Notes: generated by a model from the sequence alone, not told the origin. A DNA stretch of 64,000 nucleotides from Macrostomum lignano (GCA_002269645.1 NIVC01001643.1:62001-126000); one strand, 5' to 3'; positions 39,952 to 56,517 are shown, counted from the stretch's first letter. Made by a program: numbers and translations.

Positions 39952-40636
39952 AAGCGAACTGGCGGAACAGGAGGAGGCGATGCGTCGGGAGGCGCGGAAA
40001 CGCGAGGAAGAGGAGACCCGACGCCGGCTGCGGGCCTGGGCTGAGCGGCATCACTACCTGGTCAGCACGGTGGTGCAACCGTCTGTATTCAACAGTCCCT
40101 ACAGGCCGTTCACCCTGCCAGAGGAGACGCTGCTGTTGAACACCCGACCGAAGACGCCGCCGAAAGTTGCTAGCGTAGGTCACGGGTTCGATCCGAGCTG
40201 GCGTCAGTACGGCCAGAACCAGCTGATGGTCCGCCTGCCGTCGAAGCTGCCGCCGCTCCCCGCCAAGCCGCAGGGCCCGTTCCGCCAGCCGGAGGAGGTT
40301 CGCGCCCAGCGCTACCGCGAGTTCCAGCCAAGCCTGCGGGTGGCCACCGACTACGAGGCGGTGAAGCGAGCGAGGGAGCAGTGGCGAGCCGAGGAGTGGG
40401 CCGGCAGGCTGTACGATGACGAGTTCAAGCCAACCAAGGCGCTACGGGAGAAGGCCTATCAACCGCTGATGCACACGGCCTCGGAATACGGCCACCTGGC
40501 CTACGGCAACGCGCACTTCCGCGAAGTTCAACCGGAGCGTCACGTGACTCAGGATCGGTTCCGCACCATTGTGCCGCCTGTGCCGGTGTTTGACAAATTG
40601 AACGCCGAATACGTCGAAGGTTACGTCGAAAATTGA
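39952..40636 (+). CDS. SPATA17: SPATA17 terminal exon; spliced protein 359 aa
   Basis: cctcAG|A; HYLVST...FNSPY, QGPFR...QRY...PSLRVA, EEW, YQPLMH...YG match SPATA17 motifs; all exon phases consistent (1080 nt). Confidence 0.92.
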
Positions 40637-41389
40637 AAGATTTTTTTTCTACGAAATTAAATTTACACGCATATTGTTTTTTGTCCTCTATTTATCTATT
40701 TGTTAAATTCAAGTTTGTTTTAATTGTTGATGATAACGAAGTTTTCAAGCTTCTTTCGCGGCAAATAAAAAATTAAGAAAAGCACGTCCCAGGGAACTTC
40801 CGTAAGTGTTTCGTAACCTTTATAGAAGACATAACTATAAATAAAGAAATTATTTTGTAAAACTAACCAAATAAAACTGATTTGTGATACATGGTAACCC
40901 GCTAATAGTTCTGTTGCTTCAAAAAATGCTGTAGCTAAAACACACCTAATTGTTAAAATAATTGGTTCAAATAAATTAAACGAATGGCGGCACTTGGAGT
41001 TATGCATAGAACGACACGAACAATAAGCGTTAAGCGTTCTTATTTATTTGTTATATTTATGTAGAACTACACCAGGACTTTAGTTTCTACATCCAATTCG
41101 CACATGGAAATAAAAAAACGGAAAAATGAACAATATTCATTTAAATAATTGATAATTAGTTAACAAAACAGAAAGTTTAAATTGTACTGTAAAATAATGA
41201 TTTTATACTGAACGGAATTTATACGATGCATTTGAAACTTACTAAAAATTTGCAGCTTGAATAATAGTTCGGGATTATTGAATTATAATACGCAGAAAAA
41301 CGTTTGCAATACATGAGCTGACAAATACATAATACTGATACCTACACGACACAACGACATAACGAGTATCACCTGCCCCACACTGCGCC

Positions 41390-41688
41390 TCAGCCCCTGC
41401 CCAAAGCGACACCCACCCCACACTCTGGCTCTCAACCCCCTGCCCAAAGCGACACACACCCCACACTCTGGCTCTCAACTCCCTGCACAAAGCGACACTC
41501 ACCCCACACTCTGGCTCTCAACCCCCTGCACAAAGCGACACCCACCCCACGCTCTGGCTCTCGACTCCCTGCCCAAAGCGACACCCATCCCACACTCTGG
41601 CTCTCAACTCCCTGCCCAAAGCGACACCCACCCCACACTCTGGCTCTCAACTCCCTGCCCAAAGCGACACCCACCCCACACTCTGGCT
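41390..41688. repeat. 43-bp C-rich minisatellite, about 7 copies
   Basis: CAAAGCGAC recurs at 43-bp spacing. Confidence 0.9.
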
Positions 41689-43041
41689 TACGAAAGTCAC
41701 TGAACGCACAACATTTTGTCTCAGCCTCCGAAAAAAGTAAAAACCTACTCTAACTACAAGCATAATAAACAGCAGATTGAATGAAGACATTACCAACAAG
41801 ACTTTACCTAGATATATATGGTAAAACGGTCACTTGCAGAACAGGTAAGAAGCGATAGTCAATCATAAAAGAAATTTGGAGAACACTTCTTCGCACAAAT
41901 AAAAAATAAATTTTGACCAAATGAAAATGAAATAAATAAGTATTAAAAATGACTTTTCCAGATTAGAATATGCTCGATAACCTTTCTTTGATCGCGACTA
42001 AGATAAAGATTAAATATTTGTACTTAAAACATTTTAAATCTTCGATTAAAATATTGACTAAAGCCTATTTGATGTGTCTCCTCCTTTTACTCTCTTTTAG
42101 CTTGTATGATAAAGAGATTTACATGTATCTATATAATCTCATCAGTAGAGACGGACACACAGACCGATGTTCTGTTTGATTAAAATCCCATCTTTTGTTA
42201 TAAAAGTCGCCTTATGAGAGGTTCGGTGTGTTACCCGGTTGGACCCCCATTTGAAGGTATAGAGAATCTGTGGGAAAAAAGTTTATTATGACGCTGATTC
42301 CTAGAACTTGTCTATGGCCAAAACTGACAGATCCAAGTGCTTTTAGATCTGCGATGGCCACCAAAAACAACTCGTAACATATAGTAACTTTTGGTAACAC
42401 ATAGTGTACAATTACATTACTTGATTAGTTACTTTTGATAGTTTGGTCTTGCACTACTCTTCGGATCTATTGTAAGTAGTGCGAAAGACGCCTACGCAGA
42501 AATTTGCTTGGTATGGAAGCGTAGCTTTAAGTGGGCGCCCCTGTCTCTCGGTGGGCGCCCCTGTCTCTCGGTGGGCGCCCCTGTCTCTTGTTGTCTTGTG
42601 TCTGGACAGTGACAAGTCCAGTTATAACTTATCTTTGTTTGCAAAAAGGGCTGACTCAAGCTGACTAACGACTAAAACCCATAGACAGCTGAAGTAGAAG
42701 CTGAAGCTGCACTAGATTTTCTTAGAAATGAGCTGGAAGCCAGCAAGGAACGCATATTTTTGTATCGCCAGTGCATTTAGTGTGCTCAGGAGAATGCTCG
42801 ATTATAAATAATAAATAAGTGATAAATTAACTGGAATCCCAGCTCGTGAAATTAACGCCCTTGAGGGCCAACCCCCAAGGCACAGTAAAGTTAGGACCTA
42901 CTCAGTCGGTGGAATGGGCAGCAGTGCCTCTCTCTGGTCTCTCTGGTTGTGTGACGCTTCCTGCCTCTAATGTAGCGTCCTTCCTCTTGGGTTGTCTATG
43001 TGCCAGCCCCTAAGAAACCAAAGCAAATCTGATCAGTAAGT

Positions 43042-44211
43042 CTAGCAAACGCTGGTCACCAGTGGTTTGGCCGTCAGCTGGTAGATGGCATTCAGCTTCG
43101 CCTGACCATCCGCGGCGTCATCTTTGAGTATTGGCAGAGGACAGTCAAACGTTTTTATGCGACGATGACCAAAGGAAACTTGTGGCAGCGGTGGCCGCGG
43201 CTGCCGGTCACGAGGTTCGCTTGGGCCAGCGGGCGGAGAGGACAGCGGCAGCAGTTCGAGTTGGTGCTGCTGTTGAAGCTGACGCTGCCTCTGGTGTCGC
43301 TGATGCTGCAGTCGCCACTGCTGCTGCGGCTGGCGCCATCGAAGTCTCTCAGCCGGCTCGGTGCGCCTTGACTCCGCGTTGCAGCAGCAGCAACAGCAAC
43401 AGCAGCAGGAGCACAGGCGTCGAAGAGCCAATTTAAACTGCTTACTAAACGAGTAGTACAGAGGCAAAGTGCCGGCCGAATGAACTAGAACAAGCAGATT
43501 AGCCAAATCTCCTATGACAACAATCCACACGTTGGATTGTTTAACTTGGCTGGCGATGGAAGTGCAGCCGTGGATGACGTGGTGCACCACGGCGGGCGAA
43601 TAGCAGATGACGCAGAATGTCATGATGGCAATCAGCATCCGGTTGGTGTCGCGATAGGCATAGCTGGTGCTGGTATTGTAGCTGCAGTGACTGGCGCAGG
43701 TGTTGCCGGTGACCAGTGACTCGGAGCCGCCAGCCGCAGTGGCTTTGGCTCCGGACCGACGCATCTGAGCATTATACTCAGCCGCGCGTCTCAGCTTGCG
43801 GACAAGCTTGGAGTTGACTACGGCCAGGTAAAGCACAGGACCAAACGAGGCCAAAGCAGTCCACAGTAAGAAGTGATAGGTAAACCGGAATGGCCAGGAT
43901 CGGCCCAAGTTGCTCAAGTCGTACCAATTGATCTGCCTGCCCAGAGCTTCGTTAAGGAAGTCTCCAAAAGCTACTGACCGATTCGAGGACGCGTTGGACA
44001 ACAGGACGCTGATGTTGATGCCGAAATAGTTGTAACTGACTATTCGATAGGCGAAGAACTGCGGCAAGCAGAAGAGAATGGCAGCGACAGTGATGATACC
44101 GGTCATTAGGCCGGCGCTCCTGCGTCTCCACAACAGGCTCCCAAAGTTTGGTTGACAGACCAGCAGGTACCGATCGGTGGCTAGGGCCATTGTAAGCCAG
44201 TTAGATATCAC
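43042..44211 (-). CDS. Rhodopsin-family peptide GPCR (FMRFamide-receptor-like), exon 2 (TM3-TM7, C-tail)
   Basis: aaacacAG|GTG; SNWLTMALATDRY, FCLPQFF, NRMLIAIM, DLANLLVLVHSA..PLYY.FSKQFK, poly-Cys tail. Confidence 0.88.
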   Translation of the reverse strand: MISNWLTMALATDRYLLVCQPNFGSLLWRRRSAGLMTGIITVAAILFCLPQFFAYRIVSYNYFGINISVLLSNASSNRSVAFGDFLNEALGRQINWYDLSNLGRSWPFRFTYHFLLWTALASFGPVLYLAVVNSKLVRKLRRAAEYNAQMRRSGAKATAAGGSESLVTGNTCASHCSYNTSTSYAYRDTNRMLIAIMTFCVICYSPAVVHHVIHGCTSIASQVKQSNVWIVVIGDLANLLVLVHSAGTLPLYYSFSKQFKLALRRLCSCCCCCCCCCNAESRRTEPAERLRWRQPQQQWRLQHQRHQRQRQLQQQHQLELLPLSSPPAGPSEPRDRQPRPPLPQVSFGHRRIKTFDCPLPILKDDAADGQAKLNAIYQLTAKPLVTSVC

Positions 44212-44349
44212 CTGTGTTTGTTTTTTTGCGGGTGAATTTGTATTTTATAAACATTGTTATAATTTTATTAAGCCCACAGTTTAGAATGTCACTGATATGA
44301 GACTGCCACGACTGCAACCTTTGAGAAAGTTAGATTTTAATCTTTGAAA

Positions 44350-44670
44350 ATGTTGTCTGTGGGAATGTTGTATTTGTGAATATTGCCTTTGGGAATGTTC
44401 TCGTGGGAATATTGTATTTGGGAATATTGTCTCTGGGAATGTTGTAATTGGGAATGTTTCATTTGGGAATGTTGTCTCTGGGAATGCTGTCTTTGGGAAT
44501 GTGTCTTTGGGAATGTTGTCTTTGGGAATGCTGTCTTTGGGAATGCTGTCTTTGGGAATGTGTCTTTGGGAATGTTGTCTTTGGGAATGCTGTCTTTGGG
44601 AATGTTGTCTTTGGGAATGCTGTCTTTGGGAATGTGTCTTTGGGAATGTTGTCTTTGGGAATGTTGTCTT
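44350..44670. repeat. About 15-bp repeat (GGGAATGTTGTCTTT), intronic
   Basis: Direct reading. Confidence 0.9.
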
Positions 44671-45224
44671 TCGGAATTTTGTACCTGTATTTCGGAATTC
44701 GAACTTTTGGAATATGGTCTTGGGAAATTTGACCTTTTTAAAATGTTATCTTTTGGAATTTGACTTTAGAGGAAAATTTTCTTTGGGAATCTGAGCTTTG
44801 AAAATAAAATCTTTGAAAAATTTTAAAAAATCAACAGGATAGGCCATTCACCCCTTAATTGGGGGATAAGAAAACTGACTGTTGGGAAAAATCTCTTCAT
44901 CAACGATCTTGCATCCCGACGTTGGAGCCGGACACTTGACACACCCAATCCTTGTCAAGACTAAGTGACCAGAGGGGGTCCCCAACCTCAAGCATGGCCA
45001 GAACCCTTCCTTAACCATGTCAGGGTCAGTAAGCCCAGGACTGGAGGCTTTGATTAGCGGTAGGCTGTCACGTGCTCCTCCGCCTCTTTCGAAAGACAAC
45101 TCTCGAAAACATGATGGAAATTTCCAGCTAGATTCCGGTCGAAGTCTAATCACGTGCCATTCAAGGCCACGATCGATCTGGGAGGCATTGGGTGCAGATT
45201 AGGGCGAAAAGTTTAGCCTGAAGA

Positions 45225-46165
45225 CACCACTCTTTGACGCCCCAACCCCACTCTTAGACACCCATATCCCACTCTTAGACACCCCAATCCCACTCTTAGA
45301 CAGCCCAATCCCACTCTTAGCCCAATCCCACTCTTAGACACCCCAATCCCACTCTTAGACAGCCCAATCTCACTCTTAGACAGCCCAATCCCACTCTTAG
45401 ACACCCCAATCCCACTCTTAGACACTCCAATCCCACTCTTAGACACTCCAATCCCACTCTTAGACACCCCAATCCCACTCTTTGACGCCCCAACCCCACT
45501 CTTAGACACCCATATCCCACTCTTAGACACTCCAATCCCACTCTTAGACACCCCAATCCCACTCTTAGACAGCCCAATCCCACTCTTAGACACCCCAATC
45601 CCACTCTTAGACAGCCCAATCTCACTCTTAGACAGCCCAATCCCACTCTTAGACACCCCAATCCCACTCTTAGACACTCCAATCCCACTCTTAGACACCC
45701 CAATCCCACTCTTTGACGCCCCAACCCCACTCTTAGACACCCATATCCCACTCTTAGACACTCCAATCCCACTCTTAGACACCCCAATCCCACTCTTAGA
45801 CAGCCCAATCCCACTCTTAGACAGCCCAATCCCACTCTTAGACAGCCCAATCCCACTCTTAGACACCCCAGTCCCACTCTTAGACACCCCAATCTCACTC
45901 TTAGACACCCCAATCCCACTCTTAGACACCCCAATCCCACTCTTAGACACCCCAATCCCACTCTTAGACACCCCAATCCCACTCTTAGACACCCCAATCC
46001 CACTTTTAGACACCCCAATCTCACTATTAGACACCTCAATCCCACTCTTAGACACCCCAATCCCACTCTTAGACACCCCAATCCCACTCTTAGACACCTC
46101 AATCCCACTCTTAGACATCCCAATCCCACTCTTAGACACCTCAATCCCACTCTTAGACACCTCAA
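45225..46165. repeat. 21-bp minisatellite (CCAATCCCACTCTTAGACACC), about 44 copies, intronic
   Basis: Direct reading; gives the SKSGIGV run in ORF 45213-46625. Confidence 0.95.
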
Positions 46166-46229
46166 TCCTCAACACCTCAGTGCTCTGGGGCATAAAAAAC
46201 CTCTCAGCCATCCCCACAGCACAGCTCAC

Positions 46230-46625
46230 CTGCATGCACAAGCACAGAGCGTGGCTATTGATGTACAACCGCGGCAGCCAGGACCAGTGACGCCAGATCA
46301 TGTGGTCCATTTTCTCGAACACCGGCATGGCGTCCTTCACGCTCGGAACCACAGAGGTCAGCAGCACGAGGGCGTGAGTGATGGACAGGGCGCACAGGTA
46401 GAATCTGGTGTTGTATCGCATTTTGGCTTGCCGACGCAGTACCAGAAAAGCGGCCAAGTTGGAGGGAACTCCAGCGATGCACATGGCCAAGCCGCAGATC
46501 CCGACTAGGGCGAAGCTGGACTTCCTAGCGGCCACGAGGTCGGCATTGGCCGAGTGGCCGTCCTGGCTCAGCAGCTTGCGCAACTCGCTCGGGTTGGGGG
46601 GAAACAAGAGCTCACTCGGATCCAT
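46230..46625 (-). CDS. Peptide GPCR exon 1 (N-terminus, TM1-TM3); spliced protein 521 aa
   Basis: ATG at 46625; GVPSNLAAFLVL, TM2; CAG|GTGAGC donor, phase 0, matching exon 2. Confidence 0.87.
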
Positions 46626-46714
46626 GGCTGCTTGCGCCTCTCTGGTGGCGGCATTTTGGGAGAAACTTATACATCGAAGTATCTACGTACATCTAAGTGT
46701 CCATCTATCTCTCT

Positions 46715-46733
46715 GTCTGTCTGTATGTATGTA

Positions 46734-46794
<61 letters not shown>

Positions 46795-46821
46795 GCCTGC
46801 CTGTCTGTCTGTCTGCCTGCC

Positions 46822-46874
<53 letters not shown>

Positions 46875-46901
46875 GCCTGCCTGTCTGTCTGTCTGCCTGC
46901 C

Positions 46902-46962
<61 letters not shown>

Positions 46963-46969
46963 GCCTGCC

Positions 46970-47018
<49 letters not shown>

Positions 47019-47118
47019 GCCTGCCTGTCTGTCTGTCTGTCTGTCTGCCTGTCTGTCTGTCTGTCTGCCTGTCTGTCTGTCTGTCTGTCTGTCTGCCTGT
47101 CTGTCTGTCTGCCTGCCT

Positions 47119-47152
<34 letters not shown>

Positions 47153-47203
47153 CTGTCTGTCTGCCTGTCTGTCAGTCAATCAATCAATCAATCCATCAAT
47201 TAG

Positions 47204-47238
<35 letters not shown>

Positions 47239-47290
47239 CTCTATCTATCTATCTATCTATCTATCTCTCTATCTATCTATCTATCCATCT
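46715..47290. repeat. (CTGT)n then (CTAT)n microsatellites
   Basis: Direct reading. Confidence 0.96.
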
Positions 47291-47294
47291 ATCT

Positions 47295-47682
47295 GCGGGG
47301 GGCATCCAAAAGTCCGTTCAGTAACCACAAATTTTACCATAGACGAAGAGTGAGAAGCTCAGCCACTGGGAAATACTGCTGCAATCTGCATATTGTCCTG
47401 AAACAAGTCCCTGCGACTCTGACCTCTTCCCCAAGCAAAAAAATCAGCTCCGAGACCGCGCTATACTACTGCATGGACGAGCTTTTCGGCACAATCGTCC
47501 GGTCGAGTTCCCCAACAGCTGTGTGATTCCGGCACTGCTGACGGAGTCAGGAAGCTGTCAGAGCGCTAGCAACGCGTGACTGCAGCCAAAGGATGCCACT
47601 TTGGAGGACTGCAGACTTCTGTAGCTTTCCAGTTATTTGTTACGTTTTTATAGTTACTGAACAGACTTTTGGGACCCCGTCT
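47295..47682 (+). mobile_element. Mariner (Tc1/mariner) internal-deletion derivative, about 390 bp
   Basis: Imperfect TIRs sharing CCAAAAGTCYGTTCAGTAAC; 47537-47610 translates [21 protein letters not shown], like the mariner C-terminal DGIxKLxxRWxKCxxxxGxYF. Confidence 0.8.
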
Positions 47683-47691
47683 ACGAGCTCG

Positions 47692-50545
<2,854 letters not shown>

Positions 50546-51444
50546 CTTTTTTGAATTTAATTCCCTCAGTGCACATTTTACGGAGGGTTTCATAACCCAA
50601 AATACGTAATTATTATATTACAGAGTTTGGCTAATCAGAATTGATGTTTTAGACTTGAGCCATCAATAATTATGGCAATGCTGCACCCAGAGGAATTGGG
50701 CTACCGAAAGCCACGCGGACTAACCTTGTAACTGCCTGTTGAATAAAGACAAAATTATGAACGCTAATAGATATGAATATAAAAGCAGCAATAATGCCGA
50801 TCATACGATCATCGGCTTCTACAAAAACGGAAACCATGCAAGGCAAGAGGATCTGAAGAAAACCTGTCACGCTTGGCTGCACAGAACAGACTAAAAAATC
50901 TACTATGAGAAGCAAATATGGCGGTAACATTTCCCACGCACTTCAAAAGATCTTTCCTATTTCCTAGAAAGCCAAAATTTGCTGCTAAAGAGATAAGTAG
51001 CAATTGCGGATAAATTAAATGGATACTCACAAATACTGTATTAAAAGCTTACCTCAGCTCCGCAGTATGACGCGATCACGAAGTCACGAGGTGCGGATTC
51101 AAACAAATTGGACTAAAAGAGCTACAAAGGCAAGATGCAGCACGAAGCCAAGGTAGAAAAGGATATGATGGAGAACAGAGAAAGGAAAAGGAAAGTGAAA
51201 GCTGGCCAAGCAAAGAGAAGATTTCATTTATATCTCGAGTTCCTGTGGGAGCCACAGGTGTCGCTCGACCAATGGGAATCCGGTACGAATTTCCTAACTG
51301 TCTTGCAGGCTACTGTCCAATGTCTATAGAGTATACTCGTAATCTCATTAGCAAAATTGAGGGAGGGAAAGAAACTGCGCTAACAGATTTCATTTCAGCT
51401 TTTACTTCTGACACAAACGTAACACTGCGTGATTTATTCGGACA

Positions 51445-52870
51445 CTGCCTGACACATTAGGATATGTTCTGACACAATTGGATACTCTGACACAATAGGA
51501 CACTTTGACACAATCTAAAACTTTCTGAAACAATCAGATACTGTTTGACACAATCAGATATGTCTGACACAATCGGACACAATCTGACACAATTGGACAC
51601 AATCTGACACAATCAAACACAATTTGACACTGTCTGACACAATCGAACACAATCTGGCACAATCGGAGACTGACACTGTCTGACATAATTAGACTCTATC
51701 TGACACTGTTGACACAATCGAACACAATCTGACACAATTGGACACTGTCTGACACAATCGAACACAATCGGACAGTCTGACACAATCGGAGACTGTCTGA
51801 CACAATTAGACTCTATCTGACACTGTCTGACACAATCGGAGACTGACACTGTCTGACACAATCGAACACAATCTGACACAATCAAACACAATTTGACACA
51901 ATCGAACATAATCTGACACAATCGGAGACTGTCTGACACAATTAGACTCTATCTGACACTGTCTGACACAATCGAACACAATCGGACACTGTCTGACACA
52001 ATCGAACACAATCTGACACAATCGGACACAATCTGACACAATCGAACACAATCTGACACAATCGAACACAGTCTGACACAATCGGACACTGTCTGACACA
52101 ATTGGACACTGTCTGACACAATCGAACACAATCGGACAGTCTGACACAATCTGACACTGTCTGACACAATCTGACACAATCGGAGACTGACACTGTCTGA
52201 CACAATCGAACACAATCTGACACAATCAAACACAATTTGACACAATCGAACATAATCTGACACAATCGGAGACTGTCTGACACAATTAGACTCTATCTGA
52301 CACTGTATGACACAATCTGACACAATCGGACACAATCTGACACAATCGAACACAGTCTGACACAATCGGACACTGTCTGACACAATTGGACACTGTCTGA
52401 CACAATCGAACACAATCTGACACAATCGAACACAATCTGACACAATCGGACACAATCTGACACAATCTGACACAATCTGACACAATCGAACACAATCGGA
52501 CACAATCTGACACAACCGAACACAATCTGACACAATCGGACACTGTCTGACACAATCGAACACAATCGGACACTGTCTGACACAATCGAATACAATCGGA
52601 CACAATCTGACACAATCGGACACTGTCTGACACAATCGAATACAATCGGACACTGTCTGAGACAATCGGACACTGTCTGACACAATCGAATACAATCGGA
52701 CACTGTCTGAGACAATCGAACGCAATCTGAAACAATCGGACATTATCTGACACAATCGGACTCTGTCTGACACAATCGGAGACTGACACTGTCTGGCACA
52801 ACCAGGAAACTCATCTGACACAATCGGAAACTTTCTGACAACAATATCTGGCGAACTTCTGACACATTGA
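51445..52870. repeat. 10-bp period satellite (TCTGACACAA/TCGGACACAA variants)
   Basis: Direct reading. Confidence 0.93.
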
Positions 52871-53454
52871 CAATAGAATGTTTGATTTGATGCACAATTT
52901 TGCGACACAGTTAAGACACGAAGATTAATTTAATATAATATAATTCTAGTACTTTAGGAGTGACTTTCAAGCCCAATACAGGAACCGCTCTGATTAAACT
53001 TTAACAAATGATCATAAAGTTCACGCACACATTTGAAGCCACTCCTAATTGATTCCCTCCCGACATCAAATAAAATTTCATTTTTTTGACTGACAAGTCC
53101 GTTAGCCAAACAGCTGACGCAATAATCGAATTAAGTACAGACTACAGTGTATTTTTATCGCACTGCCTGCACCTGTCAAGTCAATAAAAAAGTAGCCATC
53201 TGTAACTCTCGCCTACGCGTAATGACAGACTTCTCTCATACTAACATAAAACATTTAGGATTAATATGCTCAAAGCGCGATATAAAATGTGCTCTTTTCA
53301 CTAATCAATTAGACTATTCTTTATTTTCTAATCACTGATGCCAACCGCGATTAACTAAAGACAAAGTGCAAGGAGGCCATGGTCACGTGACCATCAGTAA
53401 ATGCATTTTTTATAATAGCCAATTAGCATAACATAAGATACTAATGGCAATGAA

Positions 53455-53640
53455 TAATCTTGTGAATAGTTAGGTATGTGAATCAGTATAATCATGTGAT
53501 TAGTCAGTTATGTGAATCAATATAATCTTGTGAATAGTTAGTTTTGTGAATAAATATAATCTTGTGAATAGTTAGTTATGTGAATCGGTAAAATCATGTG
53601 AATAGTTAGTTTTGTGAATCAATTAAATCTTTTGAATAAT
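53455..53640. repeat. About 34-bp AT-rich tandem repeat
   Basis: TATAATCTTGTGAATAGTTAGTT.TGTGAAT units. Confidence 0.8.
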
Positions 53641-54391
53641 ACAAAGACAAAACTGTACAACTTAATTGTAAAGCACTAAGATTAAGTATTGACACGAAGT
53701 CAGGGCGGAATTGTTAGAAACGGATCAACAACAATTAATAGAATTGATTTCTTCCAATTTAAACAAAGCTGAATGTTTCTTGTTTATTTAAATATTGATT
53801 TAAAAATAAAAAAACACTCACAAAACACGGCCAAAAACAATCACGAAAATAAAATTAATGAAAAAGCTGACAAAACAAGATAACCATTAAGTCTATGTCG
53901 ATTTCATCAGTAAGTCTTGTTTGTTCGCCTGTTACTGACAGCGGAACGAGTCTTCAAACTATTTAATTTTAACAATTTTTTTCAATATCCAGCATTCACA
54001 GAATCCTATTAATTTCCAGGAACTGCTATTATAAAACAACCTCACCGCCCTTCATCAGTTCAAATGCGGGCCAATGAAATTTAAATTCAACGCAACTAAG
54101 ACAACAATAAATATTATAGGAAATTTAAATTTACAAAAATATTACTATCAATATAAGATTTCAAAATTCTCGCTCAATATCAAACATAATTAAATAAAAT
54201 TTACTTAGAAAATATAATTAGAATGTCGCGTATTATTAGATTATGGCTAGGAAATGTTTTCAAAAAAAAAAAAACTCAAAGCCAAAATACGAGCACAAGC
54301 TAATGGAACAAAGTGGAAAACTGCTTATTACAATTATTTTCAAGCCTTGATGTTCAATATAAATAGCTGAGGTTATTAGATAGAATACGCT

Positions 54392-54668
54392 AGTGTACAT
54401 TGGGGATAGGAATTTATTGGGGTTGGTGTGGGCCAGTGTACATTGGGGGATAGGAATTTATTGGGATTGGTGTGGGCCAGTGTACACTGGGGGGGGTAGG
54501 AATTTATTGGGGTTGGCATGGGCCAGTGTACATTGGGGGATAGGAATTTATTGGATTTGGCATGAGCCAGTGTACACTGGGGGGATAGGAATTTATTGGG
54601 TTTGGTGTGGGCCAGTGTACATTGGGGGTAGGAATTTATTGGGGTTGGCTTGGGCCAGTGTACATCGA
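54392..54668. repeat. About 44-bp G-rich tandem repeat, about 6 copies
   Basis: GCCAGTGTACATTGGGGGATAGGAATTTATTGGG units. Confidence 0.88.
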
Positions 54669-54880
54669 GGATAGAAATTCCATAGGGAGCGTGTGACAAA
54701 GCGTATATTATTAAGTACTTCCTATATATACTAAAATGAGTTGTCTCTAGACAGGTATCTCTTAGCCGTGTGTTTTATACCGTGGCGTGATACGATAATA
54801 TACGTCCCGTATTAGAGAATGCTGTCAAGAAAGTTAACCAGACAGTCCACATAATACATAGAAGTGTGATGCCTGAAGCC

Positions 54881-55152
54881 TCAATTAGAGGCCAAATTAT
54901 CATCCGCCGACGCTACCGAAGCAGTCGAACTCGATGAGTCCGCCGCATTAGCGGCAACTGCGGAAGCGGAACCGGAACCAGCAGCTGAAGTAGCCGGCTG
55001 GTTAGCAGCGGTGGAAGATGGCAGGGCTTTCTGCAACGAGCGCACATTCCAGTGGAAGCATTCGGCTAAACCGCTGAACCAATCCTGCAGCGGGCTACGA
55101 GCCGATATAGAGGGCACCATGTACTCTGATGTGGTGATGGCCACGTGGTCGC
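54881..55152 (-). CDS. NADK: NAD kinase exon 5 (terminal)
   Basis: cccAG|GC; GDHVAITTSEYMVPSI...DWFSGLAECFHWNVR; stop. Confidence 0.9.
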
Positions 55153-55676
55153 CTGGGATTCAAAAATTAGGATTGGTTTTGTATCAGTGATCTTATACAC
55201 GAAATCTAGCTTAGTTTAGAGAGGCCAACCCGTCGCTGTAAACTTCGGTACTTTCGAGCCCTCATCTACTCTGCTTGCGTCTTGTCTACCCCCTCATCTA
55301 GTCCCATCCACCCCCCCCCATCTAGTGTTTTTTCTCCTGTCCACTCCATCTAGTGTTTGTTCTACTGTCCAACACCCTCACATAGTGTTTGTTCTACTGT
55401 CTACCCGTTATTTAGTCTTTGTTCTCTTGTCCAACTCCCTTATCTTGTCTTTGTTCTCTTGTCCAACCCCATTATCTAGTCTTTGTTTGCCTATCTACCC
55501 CTCATCTAATCTTTGTTCTTGTCTACTCCGTCATCTAGTCCTTGTTATCCTTCTGTCAGCTCCTTCATCTATTTTGTTATCCTTCTGTCTACTCCGTCAT
55601 CTAGTCTTTGCTCTCCTATCCGACCTCTCATCAAGTCTTTGTTCAACCTCCAACGCGGCTATTTTGTCAGCTATAC

Positions 55677-56010
55677 CTGGCAACAGTTCCTGTCGATCCC
55701 GACCGTCAAAGCTGACCCAGGCGTTACTTCTGGCGCATTCGGCCAAGCGAACAGTAATACCAGTGCTAGCCGGCAGAATCACTGGCCGAAAGCTTAACGA
55801 ATGCGGACAGATAGGGGCTAGCAGTAGAGCCGGCACCGACGGATGAATCATGTTGGCCCCTGCCGCCATGGCGTAGGCGGTGCTGCCAGTCGGGCTGCTC
55901 ACAATCAGACCATCGCCTTGCATAGTAGTCACGGTCTGGTCCTCAATTATCACGTCTAATATGCACAGATTGCCAGACGGGCCTCTGTCTATGACTACTT
56001 CGTTTAGAAC
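55677..56010 (-). CDS. NADK: NAD kinase exon 4
   Basis: [42 protein letters not shown]; canonical AG/GT. Confidence 0.95.
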
Positions 56011-56042
56011 CTGAAGGGTTGGTTTATAAAGTTTTCTTGACG

Positions 56043-56250
56043 GGTTTGTAGCCTAGTAGCTGCTGGAGAGTCGGACTCACGACTCGAAGGTCGGGGGTTC
56101 GATTCCCGATCCCACTGGAACAATTTGTGTCCTTGAGCAAGACACCTAACTCTGCATTGCTGCAGTTCACCCAGCTGTAAAATGGGTGCCAGCATTAGCT
56201 GGGGTAATTGAGGAAGGGTGTGGCGACCCTCCCCCCCCCTAGCCCTTGAC
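56043..56250 (+). mobile_element. tRNA-derived SINE (same family as 36135-36428), 3' part absent or divergent, in NADK intron
   Basis: A-box-like TAGCCTAGTAG, B-box GGTTCGATTCC, shared central domain. Confidence 0.85.
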
Positions 56251-56517
56251 TTTCTAATCCTCAAGCATGTGCACTCTCTGTGTCGCGTAAGTTTCCCGGT
56301 TTTGTCGTTAATTAAAAACTAACTTTATTTTTTTTATATAAAGCCAATATCTTGTACAATAGAAAAATCCTCAAAATATAATTTCCTCAATTAGCAGACT
56401 TGGTATAACAAACCATTTGGATTCATTTAAAATTATCAAACAGAAGTAAAATAATTAGGAAAGCAGGAAAGAGAAATTGATTGAATTTAGCTTGACCAAC
56501 TGATAGATAATAGAGAA

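Noticed and set aside
45213-46229. SKSGIGV-repeat C-terminus of the 470-aa ORF
   Set aside because: Intron read-through past the GTGAGC donor.
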